Shown here: positions 24,228 through 38,100 of the stretch, piece after piece
Position numbering within the stretch: the stretch's first letter is position 1
Layout of the letters: every line of letters begins with the position of its first letter
NCBI GenBank assembly: GCA_043228905.1
Contig: JBHGNT010000005.1
Location: 18,414,001-18,478,000, forward strand
Direction: 5' to 3'
Origin: Azolla caroliniana
Taxonomy: Eukaryota > Plantae > Polypodiophyta
Length of the DNA: 64,000 bases
Made by a program: the position numbers and the translations under genes
Notes under the pieces: generated by a model
The model's database searches: none
The model's input: the letters and a program-made list of their open reading frames with translations, nothing else
Told to the model about the DNA's origin: nothing

Positions 24228-27200
24228 GGTATTGCAAATTTTCCCTTTTTTTTATCAACCTCCTTGAGGCTATAGACTAGGTGTTACAAAAAATGTATAC
24301 ACATTCCAAGAAGGGAGGCATTGTCCAAATAGCATGGACACACACAAAGTCAACCCTTCATGGTCAAGACATTTGGAAACCCTTAAACCTAAACCCTAAA
24401 TAGGACTTTAAAGTCCTGGGGATGATCACACATCTTGGAAGCTTTGCCTTGTGGAGGCTTTTGTATGCATTAGTGTGATGTAGTTCCTCGTCAAATTTGT
24501 AAGGTGTTGGCTACCATGCTCTAGATTGAGCATTATGCGAAATGATCCTAATGTTCGTCGTTATGGTTTATTTTCGTGAGTGTATTTATGGTTGTGAGAT
24601 GTGTATCACATGACACATTTGAGAGGAACCCAAAAGGAAGACCCACCATGTGTCAATTTCATGATTTGTTGAAGCTCTCCAAGATCATATCGTGGAATAC
24701 TATTATCTTTGTACCCTTGCATTACATAGAAATATAAGTTCTTAAACTGTTTAGTCATTTTCATGGATGCTTTATTGCTTAGACAGAAGAAGACAATGAA
24801 ATGAGTAAAGTGGGGATTGTTTTCAGTACAAATATGGTAATAACGTGGCCATAAAGGCTTGGTTGGGTTCACGATTGGGTGCCCCCTATTACCCTTCGTA
24901 TTTGAATTGTGTCTTTCGTCAACCGAGGAAATTTAAGCGATGGCAATGTACATATATGTTAATGTCACTAAATGCTTGTTTATCCTAGTGATTTTTGTGT
25001 TCTCGATGAACTATGACACCAATCTAGTTATTTACCAACATGTTAAAGGTCTAGACAAATCATGAGCATTTTTGGCCCAGTGTTTGGTTTCAATCTCATT
25101 TTGTAAGGATGTTTGTCTTCTCTTCTTTAACAACTAGCACAATCCAAAGACATGTATAGCACAAAATTGCTTCTATCGACACTAAAGGGTTAGAAGAAGC
25201 TCAACAAGTGACATTGAGCCTTTAATACAGAAGGCCCTAGAAGATATTGATCTTTTGATATATGCTTTTAAGACATGAAATGATTTCCAATGTGTTTTAA
25301 TGCGCTTGATTGAAACACTTCCGGAATTTATTTTACACGATTGAAATAGAAAAAGTTTATTTAAGTGTGGCCATAGTACAATAGGAGTAAGTAGGATAAT
25401 GTTTTGAGTGATAAGCATATGGTCAACTTGCTCTATATAATGCAAAGAAACCGTTGTTTGGTCAAGGAGAGATATAAAACTCAACAAAGTTACGGTAACT
25501 TCATGCACAAGAAATGCCATACTCCTTGCCAAAAAGAGTTTGGAGGTTGTGTCATGAATTGAAAAATAGACCCAATGTCTACCTTGGTTTCTAATTTTCC
25601 TTCAAAGACTTCAACCATTATTGGTTTCTCTGATAAAAGGTTGGTGCTCAAGCATGATAATCGTGTGTCAAGAAATATATCGCTTAATAAATATGACCAT
25701 ATCAAAGTAGTCAATAATTCTCTCGAAGAGTTGAGCCTTTTTTAAACAACATTGTCGATATTAGAACTCATCAAAGTAATGAAGACACGTGGTACGTGGC
25801 ATGTATAAGAGCTGAAGTGTCCTAGACCTTATCAATTATTTCTTTCAATTTCATATATATATCGTTTAAGAGTCAATTTTGAAGAATAAAGGCTACGAAT
25901 ATTAAAAATCCTTGCTCAATATGCAAAATGTTGGCCACCCTAGGCAAGTTTGTAACTTTATAGTTATGGAAATAGAACTATAACACTAGGGACAATAATG
26001 ATCACTTCCAAAGCTATTGTAGAATAGCTATCTAGTCTTAAGCTTTGTTATGGTGGAACACTAGGTTTTGGGACATGGTGTTTCAATCACTTTACAAACT
26101 TGGTGTTGTCAATATTATATCAACACATTTTACTCTTTGTAGTTTTCACTATTCAAAGTTGTTAATTTTTAGACTCTATAACAAACTGCATTTGTTATAA
26201 TCAGATCGGTAGAAATGATATTTGTTTTAATTAAGTTTTGATCTATGAGTTCTAGTTTTTTGATTACGTAAGTGAAATACTTCCCCTAACAAAATTAAAA
26301 ACAAATGAGGAACTTGGTTAACATTGGGCTTTTTGTTCTTTAGTCTTCTCAAAACATTCTATTTGACTTAATTATTGAGCTTGAGGGGGTGAGTGTTTTT
26401 GTGTTCCCTTTGATGAGCTTATTTTCCAAACAAGGCAACAAAGTAACAAATGTCATATCACAAACAAGGTGATGAATAGGAAAATTCAAGACATTTCATA
26501 TTAAAACATAATTGTGATATTATAGCCCTTCATCCATAATGTAAGAGATTTAGACATCTCAACTAATTTGTCCTAATAGATTATCATTTATATATTCACA
26601 AGTGATCATAATATTTTACTAAGTAGAGCGTTTGCTTTCCAAACTCGGGGTGTTGTGGATTTTAGTCTAGATTGAGGTGTTTTAGGCTAGTTTTGTTTCA
26701 AAAGTTAGTTCCTATTAGATCATGCACAATAACCGTTTCTCCTATGAATATGGTTTTAGAAATCATTCCCCGCCACCCAAGGGCTAAAAACAATATGATT
26801 GCCTTAAGGCAATGCTAAAAAGATGAGGCAAAGCTAAGTATAAGACGTACCTTTTTGCCTTAAGGTTTGTGTTAGTGTAGACCATGCCCTCGAAAGTGAA
26901 GCATTTAGGCAAAAAGGCTCGCGTGAAAACTAGGTGAGGCAAAAAGTTCAACATCCCAAGCGCTCTCTGACTAAAATATCTCAAAAGATAGAATTTGCAT
27001 TCTCTACAATGAAATGCATGTCATGGATATTCATTTTTTTACTAGAGAAGTCAAATATTTGACCCTTTTCGAAGAGTAGTTTTTGAGCATCGTTGTCTTC
27101 GATGATCTATAAAATATTGATCATTGTATGAACATAAACATGCATGCAGAATAGTGATACTTTTGTACCCTTGACAAATATACTTAATATGATATGATAC

Positions 27201-28583
27201 TAAATCGCACAATGGGAAATGTTTATTTTCTCTAGAGATGTGATTCTACAATTTTGGATGAAAATGCATGAATGGTTGTGTGACCTTTGGTTCATTGACA
27301 TTCTATAACTTGGAAAGCCAAGATAAATGTTTACATAAGTAGTCCTATGTGAGCAACATCGATATAATTTGGAAGATACATTGGCATGTTATATTGATAA
27401 TTAGCCATCAGAAATTACACATTCGATTTTGATAGATGACTTTTGTGAAGCTTTTGAAAGATATTTGTTATCTAATAATTCTATGGACAAGCGTGGATGG
27501 TTGCTTAAACTTGGATACATTGACATTCATAACTTTGAAAACAAGGTATAAACATTAACTAGCCAAAGTCTTCAATTTTCATGCGCAAACATTGGTGGGT
27601 TTGTCAAACTACAATTTGGAAGAACGAGTATGGCGAGCTGGATTAAAAATATGATATTGGAGGATAAAAGAATGTCACTGTCCAGAAATCCAATATAATG
27701 TTAGCTCCTTAAGCATGACTTGTTCAACATGGAAGAGTAGCCCAACTTGAAGTTGTATTAATGGAAATAATATACATATAATATAATGTGTGTATGTATT
27801 GGTGTATAATTATCATGTATGTACAATTGATCTAGTAATAACTACATGTACGTTGTTTTATTTTTTATGTGTGGGAAAAAGCATTTGCTTATCGTATTAG
27901 CTGCATTCTTATATTTCTAGAAACGTTGAAAAAATGTTGCTGAAGTTAGATCACGACGATCGGGTTTAAAATTCACACGAAACAAGTCTATCTCTTTCTG
28001 TTTTTATATATCTTAGTCATCTTAGAGTAACCGGTGACACAACCTCATAATTCAACAATGCTTCTACAAACCCGGGTATGTAATTAATGTGTTAGGTTCT
28101 TAGAAAAGTAGGCAACGACTGTTTATATCATAGCAAGCTTGTATTTGCTATTGAATATGGTTATTTGTTCACATCTATGGTCCTCCTCAACCCTATGCAT
28201 ATGAATTTGATAACTGGATTTCGATGATAGTTCTCCCCACTCATTTATATAAAATCAAACACATTGGCTTTGTAATCAATAGAACTTTGGAAGTTGTTAC
28301 AATTTTGTCTATATCATTTCCACCAACAAAATAGGCATAGGCTACACAATCACTATGGACAATGTAGTGACAGTATGTGCAAATTCTACCCAAATAGGGG
28401 CATATACACAGTTTATGTATTCAAGCTTGTGGTAAATAGTTTCTCCATTAATTCACAAAAGTGAATTTGTGAATAACTATCATGTTCTCTAAAGGAAGCA
28501 CGTCTTAAATGTATTTTAAATTTGGAATGATGATTCCTAGAATTGATCACACCCCTACAATGATTAAAATATCATAATATTTT

Positions 28584-29095
28584 AGTGAATTCATGAATGG
28601 TAGTTGTTCCATAGGAAGAATCTTGCCACATCTAGGTCTCGTGATCCCAAATTATTTCAATAACATTATGCTCACTATAACTTGTGGAAACATAAGTTAA
28701 AAAATCCATGGATAGATGTATATACATACATTACTTCTATGTGATAGTTGGATAGTGAAACAATAGCCCATGTAAACTCAAACTTTTGTGATGGTTGTTG
28801 GCAAACAAAAAAGGTAGGGTGGGAACCTAGGTGTCATGCAGTGAATTCATGAATGGTAGTTGTTCCATAAGAAGAATCTTGCCACATCTAGGTCACGTGA
28901 TCCCAAACTATTTCAATAACATTATGCTCACTATAACTTGTGGAAACCTAAGTTAAAAATCCACGGATAGATGTATATACATACATTACTTCTATGTGAT
29001 AGTTGGATAGTGAAACAATAGCCCATGTAAACTCAGACTTTTGTGATGGTTGTTGGCAAACAAAAAAGGTAGGGAGGGAACCTAGGTGTCATGCA
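28584..29095. repeat. 256-bp near-identical tandem duplication
   Basis: AGTGAATTCATGAATGG...GGTGTCATGCA at 28584 and 28840. Confidence 0.92.
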
Positions 29096-31867
29096 ATATC
29101 ATGCAAGACAAGGATAAGAATACAGGGAAAGGAAATCTATTTGATAACTAATGTTGATGTGTCGGAAGACAACTCCCTCAAACAACCTTTTATACAAGTT
29201 CATTGCTCACTTGAAGCGTCTTACCTTAATAAATTTCATCGTGTTCCACAACCTTGCTTAACCTTCTACTACTAATAATTTCCACAGCTTTCCACAAAGT
29301 AGCATAGGCTTCCATAGTCCAATGCTCTATTAGGTTCTACAAAGAGTTTCTAGTGTCATAGAGAAACAATATGAAAACATTTGATGGTTCATAACTTGTG
29401 TTAAATGCCATAGCCCCAATGTTAATAAACAACACAAGACAATCCTTTGTAATTGTTATTATTGGTCACACAATCTAGAATATAACAACTAGCCATACAA
29501 ATTTCTTGCAAAAACATTCACCATAATAGAACACACTATTCCATGATATTATTCATACCATGAGAGAATGTATGAGCACATGGCCAAAGTAAATGACATT
29601 GGGGTACACCTTATGATCTTCTAAGAGAGTAAAAATAAGAATAAGACAAACAAGATTAAAATCATCTTCTCACGTCAAACATGCATCTGGTTTAAGAGAT
29701 GGAATGTGTTTTTTGAGCACTCCATGTTAAAGGACATTCCTATGACATGCAAAAACAAATAAGGAAGCATATGCCACTGATCTATTTTGCACCCTCCATA
29801 ACTCAATAAAGCGATGTGTCCTTACTTCTCCAAAGCTAACCAATGCCATCCCCAAGTTTGAAATACTCCATTTTCTCATTGTTTCAACATTGAAGATAAC
29901 TTTTGACTTGAATTTGGAACCCTCAATAATCGACACTCTTGTAACACATTTACTGCTTCCATATCATGGTACTATCCTCTCAAGAAAATCATCGATTATC
30001 ATCATAATCTCTCTTTTCCATAATAATCTAGGTTAAAGGGCTAATGCGAACAAACACCCCTCTAATATGGTGTTCTTGAAAAGATCAATACTATGCCTAG
30101 TAAAAAAAAGGCACACTAATATTAATTTAGTTTTTTCGTTTAACCTATGAAATTAAAAAGTAGGTTACAATTGCGTATTCATGAAGAGAGAATGTGTGCC
30201 CTATGAACACCAAGTTTTAACTTGATGTAAAGGATCGATCACCAATTGTAATTCTAAAATGGGTTTTTTTTGGATATTTCCAATCACTCGACCATTTCTT
30301 TTGTGCAAGCATAATTTGACCATAATTAAAAAGCAGAAAAGAAAGAATTTTGTCATAAAATGCACTTAAGTTTGGTCAATACACAATAGAGATCCCTTTG
30401 CTTTTCCCATGATTAAGTTGTTATCTTGCTTTATAGAGGTTCATTCCAACCTGTCATACTAGACATATTATTCACATTCTCTTATTGTGCCAATCTTGAT
30501 GGGTAACACTTGAATGGATTCCCAAACCTACAACCATGATATTCTTCTTGATCAATTAATAGTTTTATCATTGAATTACAAGATTAGAGCTCATTTTGAA
30601 GATGCCTTTGTCACCTCTCACATACAATTTAACCATGCAATGCATTGTATACGCATCCATCACCATTAATTCACGCGGGTCATTCTGAGGCATTAAAAGA
30701 GTATCAATATAAACATGCACCCTCCCAACTGAAAGCTGACATTGTTGAATATCTAGGAACCATGGGCTTGACTGATATACACAAAGCTAAGTTATGTACC
30801 TAACCAATGAATGAGATACACATCGATTGTTTTTCTGACCCTAATGTCCTGACAACATTAAGTGCAAAAACATTTTACATTATATAAGAGATCTTAACTG
30901 TCCCCACAAATGATTACTGTATTATATAAATCTATAAACATATAAACAGGTTATATGATCACGTCTCGAATAATGGGTTTGATGGCATGCTCAATATAAA
31001 AACTCTTCATAATTTCAGTCTGAAGTCCAGATCCTCATTCATGATCATAAAAATAGATTTACAACACTGAAATTCAGGTTTCATTTTTCAATACACGATG
31101 AGTGAAAACACTAGAACTTTCTAATGAGATGTGCTCAAGTATTGAGAAGTTTTCATCTGCAATATCCTCTGATATTATTGAAACCCTACCTGAAGTGCAC
31201 ACTTTTTCATCCAGGATGACATGTTTCCTCGCGCACTTCACTCTGAGACTCATGTCAAATACCTAACATCAGCATATATGATGAGAGCGTATTGAATATC
31301 TTCTCCATTTTGTTTTGAAACAAAGATTTTCTCCCAGTGACTCTATCCGATCCTACAAGCAGTCTTAACTAATCTGGCAGGACTTCCCTCCATGGAAATT
31401 TTCGCTCATTCTTATGTCTAAAGACTATTTTCATCGATCAAGGGCATTTTGGGTTTCTTCTGTTTGGGATGTCGGCAACGCCCCAGAACCCCCACCAAAA
31501 ACTTAGATTCATTAATGCTTACCCTATTAATTCAGAAGCCTTCCTGGGTAGTTAGGTATCCATCACATAGATACATGCTCAATTCTGCGTTGCTCAATTT
31601 CTAGATTTAACTCTTGAGTTGAGCTTGAAGCCATTCTGTAACAAAATATCACTCTACTCTATAGCAAAGAGTGAACACCATTTTGTTCAGGTTACATTAT
31701 TCCAAGTATTCCCTATGCTTAACTACAAATTGTAGTTCCATTTTGGGATTAAGGACATTAAGAACTCTAGGAGAACCACCAAGAAGTACCCCTCCCTAAG
31801 AAGATCAGTCATTAGATACCGACAAGCAAAAATCATAGCAATTGAAAACTTGAAATCATTGATACAA

Positions 31868-32035
31868 GAAGCCATCATAGTATTATTATAAGTGAATGGA
31901 AAGGATGGCGATAAATGTTTGATGAAAGAAACATAGTGGTTTAAAGTGAATCATACGAAGCCATCATAGTGTTATTATAAGTGAATAGAAAGGATGGCGA
32001 TAAATGTTTGATGAAAGAAACATAGTGGTTTAAAG
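31868..32035. repeat. ~89-bp tandem duplication downstream of the Nudix-like gene
   Basis: GAAGCCATCATAG...GTGGTTTAAAG at 31868 and 31957. Confidence 0.9.
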
Positions 32036-32260
32036 AATTATTTGGAAAATTACCTCTTAAATCTTGAAACCGAGATACATGCATCTATAAATTACAAAAC
32101 AATTGCAGTTAAAAGAATTTGTACCTTCAAACATCAACAAATATATGTATTGATAATCAACACATATATGTTTCCATAAAATAATTTCAATAAATTTTAG
32201 GCAGAGTTTGTCATTACCAGGGTCGAAGATGGGCGTGTCAAATTTGGACATGTTGTTAGG

Positions 32261-33160
32261 TTAGGAAGAAGGAATCCATTTCCAAAAGTGCCTTCTCACA
32301 CCAACAAGTGCATTCTCATCATCCAAAGACCTCGACATGTCCCCAACATTATCTACAGTATATTCATTCTCTTCAGTAACAAAGTCATTGGAAGGTAGGT
32401 GTTCCATCACGGCTTCCATATGATGCAAAACATAACGAGTCATCAAACCCGGGTATGTAAATGACTCTCTTTCTTCCTCCTCCCTCTGGTAAGTGTGCCT
32501 TCTCATTTCAACACATTCGGCCGACCCCAGTGTGGAGCCGAGCTCTTCTCGGATACCTCGTAAACAGGCAGAGTACACAGACTCACCTGGCTTCATCTTT
32601 TCAGATAATGGCCGATTCCTTTGACGAATCGAACCGTCACTCATCTCTTGGTGCGATTCAAGCAACATGTTGCCATTATTGTCAGTGATCTTAACGCATG
32701 CCACGTGGACAGTCCGCTTGGGTGGGGTCGAATCCTCCAATGAGATCTCACCTTCTAAGAGCTCCTTCCATAGGTTAGATACTCTTTTGGTACCTTGGGC
32801 CTTTCCCCATTGGGAAAGTATTTCCGATCCGTGCGCAAGGCGGGCAGCGAGCCATTCTGATAGCGCCGATGGGGAGCCTAAATCTTGTGGAGAAACACAT
32901 GTTTTCTCACTAGAGCATAATTCAGCCTGTGGGCCATCTTTGGATGGGTCTTCCTGGATGGCAGTTTCGGTGGAAGAAGACAGAGGGGTTTCCATTCTAG
33001 GGTTTATCGTAGGATTACCTTTGGGAATGAAATGCTTGTGGCAGGAGGAAAGCACAGAACGAGAGGTATCTTGTATCTGCAAAGGTAGGAGAGATTTGAG
33101 GGGGCTGTTGATATATAATACCTTGTGGGAGAGATTGGTGAAGACCCAATTCCTCTTCAT
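32261..33160 (-). CDS. Intronless plant Nudix-hydrolase-like protein; start at AUG 33160 or 32995
   Basis: Nudix-box-like EKMKPGESVYSACLRGIREELG, plus WGKAQGTKRVSNLWKELLEGE, SFTYPGLMTRY and RHFWKW, typical of a conserved uncharacterised plant family. Confidence 0.85.
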   Translation of the reverse strand: MKRNWVFTNLSHKVLYINSPLKSLLPLQIQDTSRSVLSSCHKHFIPKGNPTINPRMETPLSSSTETAIQEDPSKDGPQAELCSSEKTCVSPQDLGSPSALSEWLAARLAHGSEILSQWGKAQGTKRVSNLWKELLEGEISLEDSTPPKRTVHVACVKITDNNGNMLLESHQEMSDGSIRQRNRPLSEKMKPGESVYSACLRGIREELGSTLGSAECVEMRRHTYQREEEERESFTYPGLMTRYVLHHMEAVMEHLPSNDFVTEENEYTVDNVGDMSRSLDDENALVGVRRHFWKWIPSS

Positions 33161-33237
33161 AACGCTGCACTTGTACACATCATATCGCCCACCATGGCGC
33201 TGGCTATGGCGGTCTCTTCAGCAGAATCTGTTTTCAT
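33157..33237 (-). other. Upstream ORF MKTDSAEETAIASAMVGDMMCTSAAL* whose stop overlaps the main AUG (AUGA)
   Basis: ATG at 33237, TGA at 33159-33157, overlapping the ATG at 33160. Confidence 0.55.
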
Positions 33238-35148
33238 TCTTCTTCTTCTTCTTCATCTTCTTCTTCTGTTATCTTTCTTCTCTGGTTTCTCAGAATTACA
33301 CATATACCTCTCTCACTTGCTTTTTCCAAATCTACCGAAATACCCCTGCCCTTTTCCGAACTAAAAACTGAGTTCGAATCTTCTGGGTGTCGCCTACAAA
33401 AAGCCTCAATGGTATTCGTCGGGTAGATATACTCGAGTTTTTTCTCTTCATATTTCACGCCCGAAACACCCCTATATGTTTTTGCCTATCTTCCTCCAAT
33501 TACAGATAGATGGTTTCTTGTCAAGAGAGCGAGGAGATAGATAGACAACGATATCTTCTTAAAGTCCATGGGTGACTTACTGCGATCTACGTGATGGGGC
33601 TTCAAGTTATGGCGAGAATAGGACTTGGAATGCAAACAATTTAATGATTTTAATGCTACGGTGTAAAGTTTAAACCACCAAGCTTGAAAAGTACACTTAA
33701 GGATATATATATTGGTATGCTAGTTAACTTGCATTATGTTAGCAACATTGAAAGTCCATAGATTTGAATCCTATATGAGCCAAAAAAGTGGTTATTGACA
33801 AGACTTGCAAGAGGGAGGGGAAAGTGGGCTATAGGATTCATCTTAAGTATCTCACACTTGACCTTTGAACCTTGGAGTCAAATTTTTGATACCCAAAGGT
33901 ATGCATGTTGCACTTGAGCTTTTAGCACTAGAGTCTAACATTTGAGATGTGGAATCAACCTATAGTGTAGAAATTGACTAATTTCAGGATGCATTTTTGT
34001 CTCTCCTCCATTGGGTTTCACATCATCTTCCAAGTCATCAATAAGTCATTATGAAAAATTAAAGTAAATACAATTAAATTCATCTTCCAAGAATTAGGTG
34101 TGACAAATCTTAACAACACTTACAACTTACATGTCTACTCGCACTAAAATTACAATCGACAAATTGAAGTTTGTACAATAATACAAGTAAATTCTTACTT
34201 CTAAGAATTAGGTGTGACAAATCTCAATACTTATCATCTACGTGTCTAATTGTGCTAAAATTACAATAGAGAAGCAAAGACACAAATTACCATATGACAT
34301 GCACATCATTATAACACTCGACAAAACTCATGTGTCCCAAGTTCCAGGTTTGAAAACTATACATGCGATTGACACTTGTAAGAATGATAAATGAAGCGAA
34401 AGAGGGAGGTCATTCCCTTCTTTATGCTTTACATACAAGTTTAACCAGCCTTTATAGCTGACTATCAAAGACGGCTAAAACATTGGCACATCCAATTTGT
34501 TAAAATGTCGGATCTAATTCACCAGGCATATCAAATCCAATTTGTTAACACATATCTGCTGATTAACTCTACTATTTGCGCAGAAACTATCAAGCATAGA
34601 ATTTGCAGTACCATACTTTGCTCTATTAAGCGGGCATTCCAATAGAGTTCAAAAGAAACTATGCATGCCACACTAATATATCATGAAAGAGGATGTCCTA
34701 TATTCATGTTTTATGTTATAATCCAGACCCAACTTCCTATTATAATTTACATGCTACTCAGATCTTTTGTTGCACACAAATTACAAATGCTATCTCCAAT
34801 ATCACTTTATCTATTCCATATGAAAACCCATCTCCCCTGTGTAACTGTTATCTATAATTAGTATATTGCCATATCAATATCATTTACATACATAAAAATG
34901 ATAGCTTGTCAAGTTACTCCTTTATAGGTCACAACATCAAGATTAACAACAGTTGAAAACTCCAAAGTGAGCTTACAACGAACAAAAGTCTATGCTAATG
35001 CAACTGGCTGTCAACATCAAACAGTCAGTCATCAAATCAAGCATACCTAAACGATCACATAAAAATCCATATAACAAAGTTATCCATTAAGTCAATTTTG
35101 CGAAACATGGAAATCACAACCACCAGATCAATCCTGTATTAGCCTCCT

Positions 35149-38100
35149 TTAAACAAACATCGTTATCTCTGGGCGGCTATATATGTTGTCACCTTCATCC
35201 TCCAAAACCGGGTAAAAAGCCACTAAACTATCTTGAGCACCAATATATAGAGAGTTATAGATCTTCCAATAAACTTCACGAACCTTCCTTGCTGGATGGA
35301 ATAGTCCCTGAAGGCAGTAATTCAGCACTACTCCTGGACCCAAAGCCACTCTCATACCTTCAATAGCCTCTGTCACTGCATTGATCACATGAGGAGAGGT
35401 TTCAAAAATATTGGGCCAAACATAGTTTAGAAGATGAACTAACGCATCCTCACAACCAAGCCCGGCCACACCTAATGCCATGTGTTTCACTGCAGATGCT
35501 GCCGTCTGCCTATGAACAAGATCTCGATCCATCAGTGCATCTTCCAAGAGAGGAGTAACGGCATAGATATAATCTTTGCCCATCTCTCCAATGTATTCGA
35601 ATAAGAAGGAGAGGGACTTTAGCACACCATTTTGCACATTAAGCTCAGGAACCCTATATTCATTCATTAGGGCTGGAAGGACCGTGAAGGGTGAACATGT
35701 CTCAGCCACTATTGCAATAGCTACTGTTGTGCACACACGATTCTGCCGCTCCTGAACTTTCAAGTTGTTGAGTAATGTTGCTAACACATCTTGTGGGCCG
35801 ATCGCCTTTGCAATGTATCCAAAAGTATTCACAGTAGCTCTCCTGATACCCTTCTTGTGTGCTTTTAGCATCTCCAAAAGCTCAAAGCATATCCTCATCC
35901 ACTCCCTGGCAGGAACAAACTCAGCACCTCGATCAGCAATTCGCCCCACCAAATCAATGCAGTTTTCTTGGACCTTCTCATGTCTGTTCTTCAAAATGGG
36001 CGTCAAGCGAGGTAGGAGATCCTTGATAGGGGGAGTCATTTTCGTCATACCAATCACATTTACAATAGCTTTCAAAGCACCCAAGATTGATCCGAGAACT
36101 TCAGGATATTCTTCACCCAAGTATTCATACAAAACCACACCCAAATGACCCATAAGCTGCTCTTCAGAACACTGCTTCATGACGACAGCAATACGAGAAA
36201 TGAGATCAGCAGCCTGCTGTCTAACCTTTGCACTCTTATTGTTTAGCCGCCACTTGATTGTTCCACATATCTGAGGCAAGTAGGGCTTCACTCTCTGGCC
36301 TAGGGCATTCACTACTGCACCAAATCCATTAAGCATAACATTGGCATCATCACTAGTTTGCTCCTGGAATGCATACAAAATCCCATCAATGAGCAGCTCC
36401 TCAAGGCGTGCATCTATATCCGAGGCCCCAAGATTAGCCACAACCTTCTCTATTGTCTCCATGACCATTCGCCTATAAGGTTCACTTTCATCTTTCAAGT
36501 CCTCCACAACTCTCCCAACAATATCAGCCACACCAACCTTGTTGGCAATTTCTACTGTAGTGTCTACAAGCTGCCTATAGTTCCTACGATCCAAGGCCAT
36601 TCTTCTGACCCAGAAGTTGCGGAAGAACTCGGGCAGAATCTCTGTTCTAATGTAATCGGCCTCCACCCCCTCGGTGCTCACACACTGCTTCACCACTTTA
36701 AGGACTATCTTCTTCATTTCTTCATCTGGGGACTGAAATTCTCGGATCAGGATCACCATCACTTCTTTTGTGTAATAACTAGCATACATTGAATCCATAA
36801 GAGGAATAATAAATCCAATTGCCTTCAGGAATGCCGCAAGAACCTTCCCCCTGTGAGACCGGATACCTTTCCAAAGAGGCTTCAAAACAGAGTCAAAACT
36901 CTCTATTCCATATGGAGCAGCCGCTTCCGCAAGTGCAGCAAGTGAAAGGGCTGTAATTGTCCTCACTTTTTGATTCTCATCACTTAGACCGTGCTCAATG
37001 ATCTCCACTAATGATTTAAGATGTGGAAGAACAGCACAACCCATAAGTATAGCAATCTGCTGAACAATCTTGATACCAGTATGCCGAGCTTGCCATGATT
37101 TCTTGCTTTGACAAACAGCCTTCAGAAATGGCAAAAGAGCTGGGATTCCCAAGGCCGATGCAACAACACTGAATGCTCTTGCAGTAGTGTTACGCACATA
37201 CTCATCGATATTATCAATATCGGGCCTCATCGCAGCAATCATTGTTGCCAAACCTGCTGCCTTGCTTAAATTAGAAATAATCTCCCTCCCCTCAACACGT
37301 GCATAGTAGTCTTCGTCAATCAAGAGGGGCTCGATAACCACAAGAATCTTGTGCACAAACGGCCTCACTAGCTCGTCCAGCTTGTAAAGCACCCTATCAA
37401 TAACCTTCACAAGGAGATGCCTTTCTTGATCTTCAAGAGTAGGAGACATGAGCAACGGCAAAATCTGATTGAAAAGTGGCCCAGCACCCAATTCCCTAGC
37501 CTTATCAGTGAGTTGTCTGAGAGCCGTTTTCCTTTGTGGTGGTGTCCCATTTTTCACCTTCAATAGTAGTTTCATGATTTTCCGTTCCTTGCTCTCCTCG
37601 GGCGTCAATTTCTCTTCATCATCTTCATTGAGGAGTGCCCCAAAGTGTTGGTAATCTTCAGGTTTCATGAAAGGCAAGCCTCCTGGAGCCTCCTTCGGAA
37701 CATCAAACTGCTGCCCTCTGTTCTCCTCTGGAATCGAGTACAATGGTGTGCCCATCAATGGGGTGGGTGTTGCCAGAAGCTTCCGGGCAGGTGTCCGAAT
37801 GGGTATATAAGTGGCCGGTGGATCCAATATCTTGTACCCTTCTTGGGGGAACATGGCATCAAGCTCATCATCAGTCAAGGGTCGGTTCCTCTCTTCGATA
37901 TCGCGCTCCCACCTCAGGAGGTTGTATTGCTCAGGTGTAATAGAACCTCGCAACTGGATAGAGTTAGGAGTCGGGGTGGCAAGATCAACCCCTCCGAGGG
38001 GAGTAATACCAGGCGTGAAGGCGGAAGGTGTAGCACCTCCAGCCATTGGAGTTGCACTACCCATAGAGGCAGGTGTTTCATCCCACCGAGATCTTTGTTT

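Noticed and set aside
33218-33223. Selenocysteine (Cys-UGA) readthrough
   Set aside because: Land plants lack the Sec machinery and no SECIS was identified. Kept only as a uORF observation.
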